From assembly GCA_951406725.2 (NCBI GenBank), contig OX597816.1:135966001-136030000 (forward strand): a DNA stretch of 64,000 bases, given 5' to 3'. Below are positions 1 to 12,700 of this stretch, piece by piece (position 1 is the first letter of the stretch; every line of letters starts with the position of its first letter). A program made the position numbers and the translations under genes. The notes under the pieces were generated by a model, which was given only the letters and a program-made list of their open reading frames with translations, did not search any database and was not told the origin of the DNA. Source of the stretch: Octopus vulgaris (lineage: Eukaryota).

Positions 1-427
1 GTCGAAGTTGGGTTCATACAAAGATGTGGCTAAAGTACCTGTTGCTTGGCATTGTGATGTAGAACTTCCAAAACTACCAGTTGATGCAGATCTTTGGTGA
101 CATGAACTGGGGACAACAGGTGGTGGTCCTTTTGGTCTTTCAGGGGGTTGTAGACGTCGATGTTCAGATTTCTTTTCTGGTGTCGTTGGCATTTTGTTCT
201 TTTCTCGTTCAGAACTATTACTATTGTTAGTAGTCAAAGTATCCAGTCCACTTGAAGCTGATGCTTTTTCTTCCGATATTTGTCCACCAGTGTTTGTATT
301 ACGGGGCCAGGTCATACAAGACATTTTAGATTGTGCAAATGACGATACAGCTACAGAATGGGGTCGTTCTGGTGGAGGTGGAGGTGCAGGCTTTTTGGCT
401 GGTATTGGTTTCTTTGGAGTAGCTTCA
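1..427 (-). CDS. ARHGAP17/ARHGAP44-like: RhoGAP gene proline-rich tail exon (runs off the window): (V)EATPKKPIPAKKPAPPPPPERPHSV...PPERPKGPPPVVP...YEPNFD
   Basis: tgaaacag|T; open for 142 codons to position 1; phase-2 entry matches exon 8161; KKPAP and PxxP motifs typical of RICH tails. Confidence 0.88.
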
Positions 428-744
428 CTGTTTCAAAGAGACACAAAAATTAAAAGCAACATTTCAAAATGTTTAATAATCACATTTTTTTTTACAAATT
501 ATTTTACATAAAAATACAGACATCATATTTCACCATTCTTTATAAGTTTTATTTACAATAATTTTAAAAATGAATCACACATTATGGAAACTATCTTCTA
601 TCAAATAAATATTTTGCAGTTTGTTTCAAACATAGATATAAAAGCAATGTTATTGCATAGCTGTTACAAGTGAAAATATTGTAGAACATAGACTGAAGGA
701 AAGTCAATGTTCTAGAGATAGTAAGTCAAAGCAATTAATATTTG

Positions 745-800
<56 letters not shown>

Positions 801-805
801 ATATA

Positions 806-2066
806 CAGGGTATCCTAAAATTAAGGCAACCAAAGTTTTGGACTTTAATAACTATCAATAAATGTGGTAAGATATGAAAATTATACATCATTATGAAAAC
901 TTAGTGTGTCTTCTTTTTGTTTCAGACTGAATAAATTCAGATTTATAAATTAGATAATGGTTATAGAGCAAAATATTATTGTAACCCTCCCCAAAGGAGG
1001 TGAAAGCAATACAGCTATAACAAAAAAGTTTAAAATTAACCAAACAGCAGCCTGGAAAATTATCAAGAAATTTCAAGAGACTGGTTCCACCACTGATCGA
1101 CCTGGACATGATTGAAAAAGAAGTGTGCGGCCACCTCAGCTTATCAAAAGTACCAGAGAAAAGATACGGTAAATAAACCACAGCAAAAATAATCCAAACA
1201 TCAGTGTATCGAGTGCTGAAGGAGGATCTCAGGACACACCCCTACAAGATGATCCGCTGTTTTGAGCTCACAAGTTTATAAGGCTATGAGACTGCAGAGA
1301 AATCGTCTCATACTGCATTAGATTTCTGAAGGTATGCTGTCCAACCAGGAGTTCACTGATGAAAAGAATTATGACATTAAACAGACAGTAAATGATCAGA
1401 ATGACCGACTTTGGAGCGTGTCTGACTCCATCAAGGGTAGACTCATAAATTAACATCAAAATCTACAATCAGTTATAGTTTTGGTGGCTGTAACAGTCAC
1501 TGGAAAGTCTCCCCTCATTTTTGTGCCCTTGGGTGTTAAAATTAACACCCAGCAATACATTAGCAACATTCTGGAAGCTAGAACTGTTTTCATGGGGTGA
1601 ACGAGCACTTTCAAGGTGAACCTTGGAGTTTCCAACAGGACTCAGTAGCATCCTACAGCTCTAAACAGATATAAAACTGGAAATACATTCAGAAATACAT
1701 TTCATTGTTCATAGGCAACGGTGCATGGCCCTCAAGAAGTCCTGATCTCAACTTGCTGGATTTTTCTGTTTGGTTCGTTTAGGAGACAAGGGTTGCAAGC
1801 ACTCCTCATGCTTCACTTGCTCTGAAGGCAAAAGTGCACCAGGAATGGGTTTCGATTCCTCAAGAACAGCTGTGTACAGCTTGTGAAGCATTTGCACCTA
1901 AACTTAAGGTTGTGATTCAAAACAGGTGGTTATATTGAATAAATGTGGTAGTGTCATAATTGCGTTTCCTTTACCATTGCATTGCAATGCTTGGACCCGA
2001 AATATAACAATGTTTTGTTTTGGCAAATTTTGTAAAAAACGTTGGTTGCTTTAATTTTGGGACACC

Positions 2067-2069
<3 letters not shown>
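806..2069 (+). mobile_element. Degenerate Tc1/mariner-superfamily transposon (probably DD37D/maT type)
   Basis: TIRs CAGGGTATCCTAAAATTAAGGCAACC / GGTTGCTTTAATTTTGGGACACCCTG, TA flanks inside (TA)n; broken transposase with FQQDS and WPSRSPDLNLLDFSVW. Confidence 0.88.
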
Positions 2070-2109
<40 letters not shown>

Positions 2110-2172
2110 CACAGAAAATTATCACAAAATTATCTTCGAATTATTCTAGTACCTTCAAATTATCACAGAAAA

Positions 2173-2259
2173 TCCATGCTGATGAAGAATATGGTTAGTA
2201 AAGTATATTTTTTAATGTTCTTTATGAAAAAACCTAATTCAGAAACGCGCGTCCATAGA
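2173..2259 (+). ncRNA. Type I hammerhead-ribozyme-like motif (Penelope pLTR type)
   Basis: CTGATGA 2179-2185, long AT-rich stem II, GAAA 2242-2245, stem III AC-GCGC-GT, GTC triplet 2251-2253, stem I ATG/CAT. Confidence 0.62.
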
Positions 2260-2550
2260 CGATCAGATATTAATTGATTTTTGTTACTTTACTCTCTGCC
2301 TGTGTGATTAACCTTCAAGTATTTTGGTTTCTCTGGAAGACCCTTTTTAAAGTAGAAGAAATGGCTAAGATTTTTGGCTGCTATTTCTGAACTTTGGTGT
2401 GTGGTGAGGCAATTCTTTGCTGAACCCTTTTTATTAGTATTACTAAAATTTACCGTGTAACGGTCCTGTTTTCACACCAAATTCTACTTGGTGAAATTTA
2501 TTGATTACTTCTTAATTAATTAATTTTACCCTTTGTTATTATATATATAT

Positions 2551-2790
2551 ATTACATATTATCCAAAATGTATAGTATTAAATATCCATCATGGCTGGTC
2601 TTACCAATCAGTTTTGTGTAAAGAATACAATGGAGTGTTAGGTAACAAACCCATTATATAACGATTCTGGTGAGCGTAAAATTATATAATCGGTTTGTTA
2701 CCTAACACTCCATTGTATTCTTTATGTGAAACCGATTGGTAAGACAAGCTGTGATGGATATTTAATACTATACATTTCAGATAATATAAT
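2551..2790. repeat. ~240-bp palindrome containing a hammerhead-like motif (2663..2745, +)
   Basis: Arms such as AAAGAATACAATGGAGTGTTAGGTAACAAACC / GGTTTGTTACCTAACACTCCATTGTATTCTTT; CTGGTGA 2667-2673 and GAAACCGATTGGTA 2728-2741. Confidence 0.85.
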
Positions 2791-2860
2791 CATTCTACTA
2801 ACAGATATACAAGTGCATCTTTTCCCTGACTTATGGTCTCTTAGACAACTCTCACGTTCA

Positions 2861-2920
<60 letters not shown>

Positions 2921-2922
<2 letters not shown>

Positions 2923-4180
2923 GGGGTTGGACAAAAAAATGGAAACACCTAGCATCATAATTTTGCAATATCTATAAAACCGTCAAAAGCTTGTTTATTT
3001 TTATGTTTTGGGATTTATTATTAGTGTTGCTTAATGTGTTTTGCTAAAATTACTGTTTCTTTTCAGATATCATCAGGAAAAGGTAATTAAAATTCATTAA
3101 AATGATAGATCTATTGGACTTTCAAAGAGGTCAAATTGTTGGTGCTTGTATGCAGGCGCTAGTGTAATGAAAACAGCCGAAATGTTTGGTGTATCAAAAA
3201 GTACTGTCTTGAAAATAATGACAGCCTTTTAGAAAGAGGGAAAAACTTCCTCGCCAAAACAAAACTCTGAAAGAAAACCAAAACTTTCAGATGGGAACCG
3301 TCGGACTCTTATGTGAACTGTTCAAAAGGATCACAAACATACAGCTCCCAAAATTACTGGAGAGCTTAATGACCACCTCAGGAACCCAGTTCCCACAAAA
3401 ACTTTGCCAGGAGCTGCACAAAGCCAGATTTCACAGGAGGGCTGCAACCAGAAAACCACTTCTTTCAAAAACAAACGTTGCTAAGTGTTTAGAGTGGAGT
3501 AAAACCTACAGAATTGGTCCCTAGAGACATGGAAAAATGTTATTTTCTGGGACGAGTCATTCATTACCTTATTTCCAACCACTGACTGAGTATACATGTG
3601 GAGACAGCCAAAAGAAGCATTTGACCCAGAGTGCCTTCTTCCAACTGGTAAACATGGAGGAGGATCGTGATGATCTGGTGGGAGGGCTATATCTTGGAAA
3701 TCCACTGGCCCAATGGTTTCCCTTCATGGAAGAATTAATAGTCAAGACTATTTAAGCATTTTATCTGATCAAATTCATCCTATGGTTGCAGAACTGTTTC
3801 TGGAGGGAAATGCAATCTTTCAGGATGATAATGCACCAATTCACACAGCTAAAGTTGTTACTGAATGGCACAAGGAACATTCTAGTGAAATTGAACATCT
3901 TATCTGGCCACCACACTCCCCATATCTCAATATTATTGAACATTTATGGTGCATTTTAGAAAAACAAGTAAGGAGTTGATATCCTCCACCATCATCACAT
4001 GAACTGGAGACTGTTTTAAGTGAAGAATGGACAAAGATTCCTTTGGAAACAATTGAAACTTTGTATGAGTCCATACCTCATAGAATTCAAGCTGTAATTA
4101 CAGCCAAAGGCGGTCCTACCCCATATCAAAGTAATTTATATGAAATTTTAAGGTGTTTCCATTATTTTTTTCAACCCCAG
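2921..4180 (+). mobile_element. Tc1-like transposon with DD36E-spaced transposase pseudogene (~3102..4129)
   Basis: TIRs CAGGGGTTGGACAAAAAAATGGAAACACCT / AGGTGTTTCCATTATTTTTTTCAACCCCAG, TA flanks; MIDLLDFQRGQIVGA...FQDDNAPIH...WPPHSPYLNIIEHLW...AKGGPTPY with frameshifts and stops. Confidence 0.93.
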
Positions 4181-4233
4181 TATATATATATATGTATAAA
4201 ACCTACTTGGAAAAGGATGTGTGGCATTCGATC

Positions 4234-4737
4234 ATATAATAATGTAAATATATGCATATATACATGTATATATGTACATACATACATATATAATATATAC
4301 ATGCATATATAGGTACAGGACATCAAAAAAAACATGAACAGAATGAGAAACGAGAACATAAAAAATAAAAACATAGAAAACAAACTTTTTACGAACAACG
4401 AAAAAACAAACAAACAGAGAAACGAGACATGCAGCATATAGAACATTTCCTTCATCAGTTGTCCCTTATTTTATCTACTCTGCATTTCAACTTCGAAACA
4501 TGGAGTAGATAAAGCAGGGGACAACAGATGAAAGGAATGGTCTTTATGCTGCATGTGTCGTTTCTCTGTTTTTCCGTTGTTTGAAAAAGGTTCGTTTTCT
4601 TTATTTTTTTTTACGTTCTTGTTTCTCATTTTGTCTGTTTTTTTGATGTCCGTCCTGTACCTATATATGCATGTATATATACATATATATGTAGGTATGT
4701 ACATATATGTATATATGCATATATTTATATATTATAT
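4234..4737. repeat. ~500-bp near-perfect palindrome (inverted-pair element)
   Basis: Arms mirror around ~4490, e.g. ACAGAGAAACGAGACATGCAGCATA / TATGCTGCATGTGTCGTTTCTCTGT and TTTATCTACTC / GAGTAGATAAA. Confidence 0.88.
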
Positions 4738-6119
4738 ATACATATATATATACACACACACACATATATATATATACATACATATATATAAGTCTCAGGA
4801 CATACAAGTTAGACAAGTTGATATACAAAAAATACTAAATACATTTAATACAAAAAATGTATATATCATTGTTATTATGCAAAAGTGCAAGTCCAGAAAA
4901 TAGCTTCACCATTCTATTTCTTTTTACATTAGCAAAAGATTCAGCTTATCAATAATACTTTGTTGGATGCATAAAATTGTAACTCCATGAATGTATGATA
5001 TATTCAGCCAGAAATATTTTTGCCAAACTGTTGTATGTGGCACTTACTACACTTTTAGAAAATGCTAAACCATTTTACTATACTTTGGTAATTCTCATAT
5101 CTTGGCATCCGAAGCAGCTGGAGATATGATAGTTTAACCAAAAGAACCAGCTATTGCAAACAAAATTAAATTTGAAAAAAAAAAACACATTTAGTTGAAT
5201 CAAATTCGGACATAGGACATAATAGCAAAAGTATGTAAGCTATAAAAAAGTCTGACTTACACAGAATTTAAGAAGACCCCCACTCCTTTGAAAACTAACT
5301 AATCTACCTCTAACCCCTCCCTACTCACACCCTTCTATTCAATTCCATTCTCTTCCCTTTACCATAACACCACACCTCTAATACCAACCCAATTCCTTTG
5401 TCCCACTAACAACTACTCTTGACCACCTTCTCACTCCACTCAGCTACTGAGCCAGTCAACTCATTTCCCACAAATCATAGCCATCCCTTTTCACTTTCTC
5501 AACCTTTTAAATTCATACAAACTAACTCAAAGGTCATCATTCACATACTACCTAAATCACCCTTTCCCATCCTCCCACTTCTACTACTATCACTAACTTC
5601 ATTATTACCACCCCTCCCGAAATCTATTTTCTCCTCCCACTACTCTCTATCTACCCCCCCCTAACTCCTCTTCCTAATACACTTAGTTCTCCACAAGATC
5701 ATTCCATCTTTAAACTCCATTCTGTCAACACCTCAAATGTAAAATTCTTCTTTGATGACAGAGGCTGGTGGTATCCATTGATGGAATCAAGTTATAATCA
5801 TTATTTTGGACAGCCAAACCCCCAGAAACAGTTGTTGGACTCATAAAACTCAACTCCTTTAATCCCTGATATCATTTATATTCTGTGTATGTTGGACTTT
5901 TCTATATGCATACATATGTACATTTTTTGCATTAAATGTATTTAATAGTTTTTGTATACCAACTTGCCTAACTTGCTTGTACTTACATTTACTCCTCTAC
6001 CTGCTCAAGGTTAAATCTCTTGAGCACTATGAAGTATATTCTATACAGAGAATATCTGTCTCTAATCTATAAACTACATACACACACACACACATATATA
6101 TATATATATTATTTATATA

Positions 6120-7235
6120 CTGGGTTTTGCAAAAGTCCTGCTACACTAGGTTTTGATCTTTCGAGAGATGCCGTCAAACACTTAAAATTCTACTTTTCCA
6201 GCACGTGTCATTAAAATGTCTTTTTCATTGTATGCAGGTGTATCGAGATGGAAGCAAAAAGAATCTATATCTGCTCTTCTGCACGTGGGCTACAAGTCCA
6301 ACATTACCAAGTGGCTCAATGTCAGCCAGATGACTGTCCACAGAGTTGTGGAGAGGCTCACGAATAGGAAAGACTTCAAAGATCGACCTTGATCAGGCAG
6401 ACCTCCAGTTGTCAACTGTTTGGCTGTGAGAAAGGCCTTCAAAAGTGATTTGAAGCTCAAATTGACAGTGCTTGCAAAGAACATCTTGGTGGTCACAGTG
6501 TCCAGAATGAGGTTGGCAAGAGCTTGAGGTGCATGCAAAGGCCTCTGCTCACCAACCATATGCAAGAACAACGTCAGGAGCATTGCTGTTGCTTTCTCAA
6601 TGACTTGACGTGTCATGGCAATTGAATTCTCATTTTTTCTGATGAAAAACACCTTCACAGTTGATCCAGCAGAACAACCGCATGGTCAGCTTTAGGTCCT
6701 CTATGTGTCCATGACCAAGCCTCCATAATGATGCTTGGCATTGTGGCTTTGAATGGTGAGAAGATGATGCCAGTGTGTTTCACAGCTGGTTACAAGCTCA
6801 CTGCAGTCAACTACAGGGACATAGATCACAAAGAAGGCAGGATGGTGCTCTGGCCTACACACCCAAGGCTGTGAAAGAGTGGCTGGGGTTGAACATGAAC
6901 TTCTAGTCAAAGGGATTTTGGCTGCTGCAGTTGCCCAATCTCAACCTCCTCAACTACAGCATAAGGGCACATGTCGAGGGCAAGGCCTGCAAAGTCGACA
7001 AGCTGAAGTCCTCTGTCAACCATGTGTGGGCCAGCAGGAGAATGGACTTTGTTTGCAACATGTGCGCAGACTTCAGGTCTCACAGCCGCCAAGGGTGGCT
7101 ACATTGATTTATATTAATATTTAAACACATTTTTATATGTTAAAACAATAAAAACATATCTAACTGCATCAAAGCTAACATTGTATCCTTTGGTGAGATT
7201 GTTGTAACAAGTGTAACAGGACTCTTGCAAAGCCC

Positions 7236-7237
<2 letters not shown>
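6120..7237 (+). mobile_element. Degenerate mariner-like (DD37D-type) transposon
   Basis: ~28-bp TIRs CTGGGTTTTGCAAAAGTCCTGCTACACT / AGTGTAACAGGACTCTTGCAAAGCCCGG, TA flanks; FSDEK-FTVD remnant and FWLLQLPNLNLLNYSI (decayed WPPxSPDLNPLDYSIW). Confidence 0.85.
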
Positions 7238-7285
<48 letters not shown>

Positions 7286-8160
7286 TGAATATGAGAACTC
7301 AGTGGTTAGATTTATCTGGTTAATATTTAGTTTTAACTATGGCAGATTAATGGTTAGATAGAGAGCATGTGGTTTTCAGAGAAGAAAGCTTGACAAAAAA
7401 GTTTAACATTGCTGTTTACTAGGTGAGAGTGCATCAAATGAGGTTTAAATAGAATGATATTGCATTGGTGATCCCAGAAAAGCAGAAAATGAGAGCAGCA
7501 AATAGAAGAGAGAGAGAGAGAAGCAATTTAATACAGAGTTGGTTGTTGTGGAATGTCATCTATTAGATGAGAATTTCTTTGAGGTAATCTAATGCGTATT
7601 TTGGGTACAGTTCCTTAAATACTGCTTCATATATGTAAATAAGCAGGTTATTTTTTGCAAATCTCTTTATATATAATGACAAATAATGTATTCTTTTTAA
7701 TTCTGAAGTTGTCAGTTGTCATTTTCAAATTTTTACTGATAACTGTACATCTGCCTATATCTGGTATTTAAGTATTACTGCTACATCTTGGTACACCCTG
7801 TGCACTCTGTAGAATTTCAAAGTCAACATTTCAAACTGCTTAACAAATATTTGCAAATATTTTCCCTATGAAATAAACTGCCAACCATTTGTATCAGGAT
7901 ACATCTTTTGCAAATAGATCTCAAGGAAAGCAAAGGAGGACTTTGTTCAATAACTAGAACACGTATCAACAAGCGAGTTTTATAAGCTATGGTCACCTAA
8001 CTTTCACTTTTTTCTTTAATGAATAACAATAAAACATAATACCTCAAGAGCATAGAAGCATTAGTAAAATGATACAGAAGATATCCATGTAAGGAATGAA
8101 TATGATTGTTTTTTCTTTTTTATATTCAAAATAAAAACAGCCATGCAAACTAATACTTAC

Positions 8161-8458
8161 ACATCAGAAGGAAAATTAGTAGCTATACAACTTGTAGAGA
8201 GATTCTGAGGTTTTTTTGATAATTCTAAATTAGCTCCAGTTTGCATTGCAATAGGTTGAGGAGTAGGAAGAGTATGACAAGAAGTACTAGTTGCTGGTCT
8301 AGTTGTTGATTTTGGTACTGTTTGGATTGTTGAACTTGTCCCACTCAAAGCATTTGTAACAGTTGAAGCAGTCATGACTTCATTCTTACTAGTTACAGAA
8401 TTTGTTGAGGTGTTGATTGTATCGGCAGAGTCAACAAGTGCAACTGAGAAATCAATAT
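8161..8458 (-). CDS. ARHGAP17/ARHGAP44-like: RhoGAP gene exon, Thr/Ser-rich tail: (D)IDFSVALVDSADT...TNFPSD(V)
   Basis: Within ORF 8157..8501; ctctgcag|AT...GATGT|gtaagt; 298 nt, phase 1->2, which bridges the neighbouring exons. Confidence 0.82.
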
Positions 8459-9666
8459 CTGCAGAGAAGCAGTAAAAAACACAAGATAATGGAATCAACA
8501 TAACAATCGTGCCAAATATATTTTAAAACTTATCACAATCACAAAGCAGTTTCTTAACATTGTAAAATGAAATTTAGTTGAGATTAGTTATAGAAAAAGT
8601 TATGAAAACACAGTATGATATATGAAGATAATGTTATCTTGAAAGGATGACTATTTGAAGGCTAAAGTATACTTCTAAATACTAATGAATATATCAGATT
8701 TGTGAAAGAAATTAATGACATAAAAAAACATGCTTGTCTTTTGTTTTTTCATGAAGAGTTTATTACCAACTAAAAATTTTAAAGCTGACATTAACATTAG
8801 AACAATGTCCCTACTGCCCAGGTTATTACAGATAAAGTGGATTGCTCAGACAATATAACACAAAAGAAACAACTGTTATATTAACAGTTTATGTTCCTTC
8901 AACACTTCATTGTGTCTCAGGTCAAAATATATTTCAGTTTTATATAGTCTAGATTTTCTAGCTGAGCATAGTACCACTAGGTTGGAATGACTTGCTTCTG
9001 TAATTAGCAACTCACAGATTAGAACAGAGTCTCCTAATTGTCTAAGGCAATCTTGCCATTTGGTTTATACTTTGTCTGATCAGCAAAATGAAGAATAAAA
9101 AATGAAATAAGGAATAAAATTTATCTCAAAATGCTTCATTTTGTTCTTAGTTCTATTATGCATTTTCTTCCTTAGAATCTGACCATGAAGATAGAATTGT
9201 AACCTATAGTGAACCTGACTCCACCCCTACTTTTTTGTCCATTTCTTTATTTCTGTAGTTTGTACTTTGATTATAATTGTATTTTGTCTGTCTCTAAATC
9301 TATGGGTTTGGTTTTGTCTGTAAACTGCTGAAAATGACACAACCCTTTGAGTACCTGTTCTAACACTGAGTGAAATAACAGGAGAATCTAATGAAAGACT
9401 TATTTAAACAATCACCTGTGGAAGCACATTTTACTTTAGCTGCATGCAATGATTATACAACATCTCACCTATTACTACAGGTGTAGAAATATGTAAAGAA
9501 TGATGTTCATTCCATTTTTTATCATTTATATAAATTCTACAGATACTATGGAATTCCTGATGTATATCCAGTAGCAGGAGCATTTCCACTGTATGACATC
9601 TGGTAGCCAACAACTGCAAATGAGCTTTGAATAGCATTCTACAGAGTTTTTACTTGAATCATATGC

Positions 9667-9745
<79 letters not shown>

Positions 9746-12700
9746 AATATTTGTTGATTCGCCAAATATTCATATGGTAAATATTTCAAAAGCAAGTGGA
9801 AATTATAAGGATTAATTATAATAATTACAAGATTTACTTTGGAATCATCTGCAATTTCCTACTTAATAAGCTATATATTTAAAATTATTCAAGTTAATAA
9901 CTTTCAGCAATATGTATATGTCAATGAATAGGAGAGAAGAGAAAAAGAATGTGTGTGTATGTATGTATGTGTGTGTGTATGTATGTGTGTATGATACAAA
10001 TATAATAATATAAAAACATTAACCAAGTGAGTGCATTATGTTAACATGTCTTCCATTAAGCAAAGAATAAGAATGAAAAAAAAAAAGTTAATAGCAATAA
10101 AATTATGTAATGATATGCAGAATGATTCGTGATTGCTCAGCTAAAGAAAGTGGCTTTTTGTAAAAGTCTATATGAAATACAAGCTTTGGCAAGACAAACA
10201 AATACAAGCAGGAAACTAAGATAGTATACAATTTAATGTTTTCTGAGTGAATAAGTAGCAAACAGTCACTTTGATCCAAACTCTAATTGAATGAACTTGA
10301 AATAAAATTCTATTTAGTTACAATTAAAAGTGTGATAAAGCAGGATCCTACAAATTGATCCTGTAGTTTTAAAGTAACCAGCTGGAATCAAAAGAAAATT
10401 TCACAAAAAATTAAGTCATACATTTTTAACAGATGGTAGTTTTAAAATAAAGATCCAAATGAGTTCACAGTTATGGAACTAAAAGTTAAGCTGAATGCAG
10501 CTAATGTGACATAGTTCAGCTTTTAAAGAATTGAATAATAATAATAATAATATGGTTCAAGGTTCTAAAAGAAAATGAAATTATACCATAGCAAAAAGAA
10601 ATTGAATAACAGAATTAATAATAATGCAACTCCCATCAGATCCCCTACATTATTCTGCATGGATCATGTTGTATTTCAGTTCAAAAGATAGGATTTGACA
10701 GAAGAAAATTTTAGAGCACTGATACATCCTTAGTAAACTATTGATTACTGTTCAACCAGTTCTAACAACTGACTATTAAATCATTACAATCAACTATATA
10801 AAAAAAAATTAATAAACAATTCACTACATTTATTCTTATTTGCTTATTGTGTGAATTCTCAAGTGGGTTTTAAATATTTTATGCTTGAAAATATTAATGT
10901 TGAAAATTTAAAACATTTTTTTAAAAATATAAAATAATAATTTAGATGTTAGTCTGCTTTACAAAAATACAAATTCCAATTACCCCTACATCTTAAATGC
11001 CTTAATTAAAATGTGTAAAATACCTCCTTGTAGTTAATTCTAAAAACATGGTCCACTTTCAGAGTTCAGTGTAAAAAATTATGAACAATCTGTTTCAATA
11101 ACTTTACTAAAACTAACTTTATCACAGAGAAGGCATTTAGTCATTATAAAGTCACCCAGAAACAGATTTTTGCACATATTGGTTTGTTTAATTAGGTACA
11201 AGGTTGTTATTTTTGAAACAGAACAAAATAATTTATTACTGAAACCTATCTTACTGACTCCAGAGTGAAATCAGAACAAAATGATGGATTCACAAAGATA
11301 ATTTAATAAATTTAGACTAATCACAGATTAAATAGTTATTGCAGGTAATTTTCTATATTGTTAAGTAAACTGGTTCCTCTCATCAAAAAATGGCATTATC
11401 TAAAATCTAGAAGCTATATAAAAATTTGTCACTCAATTTCTTCCTGTTGCAAATGGTAGAGGTTTTCTTATATACACGAGAAGTATTTTTTTTATAACCT
11501 CAATACTGAAATGTTAAAGTGATAATCTAATAATTTAAGCTCTCAACAAGAAAGCACACTACATTTTGTGTATCAGCTCCAGAAAGCCTCACCAATATAC
11601 TCAATTTATTATTTTATGTCTTAACAATCTTAAAGCTTCAATGGAATCTTTTGAAAGCTTGATCTTAGATGAAACTTATATTAAAAACTATCTTCTGCAT
11701 GCATCAATTTCCATTTATGATAAATTCACAAGACTTGATAATAATGGTATACCAGTACAGCTCTGCATTCTGACCAAACCATATCTCTATAAGGAACAAA
11801 TAATGATGTGTCTTTTAAGTTACTGATTTCTTATATTTGCACTTATCAAAGAGCAAATAATATTTCTGTCTTTAAATGATTAGTATAGCCTGTCATTTCT
11901 ACACAGTAACCTGTATATTTTATTTAACATTTGATCTATGTAAATACCTATCATCACAGAAATATCCATGCAACCCTTATATGTTTCACAGACTTATTTT
12001 TAATATATTGCAATAGACTATTATTTCAGTTTTCATTACATGAGTAATTTTTAAAAAAAGTATATTTCAGCTTTGGAATTTAAGAAAATCTATTATTTTC
12101 TACAAACATATTTCTTACATTGTTTCAAGTTATCCTAATAACAAAAAATTCTATTAATTTCTCAATGTTAAAAGCTAAAACAAAAACAAATGACTGAGTT
12201 AGAAAAACTGCTGACCTCCCACCTCCCAAATGGTTTTGTGAATGTTATACTGGCTGGAACCAGTAAAGTGTAAAAGAAATTTTAAAAAAAACAACAATCA
12301 TTGGTCAATTCAAAATAGCAATGCTTGGAGGCATTTTTGAAATAATTATAATAGTATTTATTAGAAAAATGAGAATGTTGGAAAATTAAAACACTTTGAG
12401 GACTTATAAAAAAACTTAGGAAATGATCAAAGGAAATAAAAAAATTAAAATACAATTGAAGTAAATGTTTAATTGCTTATTTGAGGATGATTTAGTGTGG
12501 AGAATTGCAAATGGTTTGTGTATGTATTTGGTAATCTGAAAATCTTAGACATTTTCAGTCATACTGAAATTATGTATTAAGTGTAAATAATGCAAGGGAT
12601 TAAAAGAGCATTGCTTTTTGAATGAGACCAAAGTAAAGAACATATAGCACCTGTAAAGGAAGTAAAGAAGATAACTGCAAAGGGAAAAAGAACTCTATGA

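Noticed and set aside
194-511. Plus-strand 105-aa ORF with a Gly run
   Set aside because: Antisense shadow of the proline-rich minus-strand exon 1-427.
5280-5720. Pyrimidine-rich tract (a similar one at 28700-29020; purine-rich at 22720-23240)
   Set aside because: Low-complexity degenerate repeats with no specific structure I can support.
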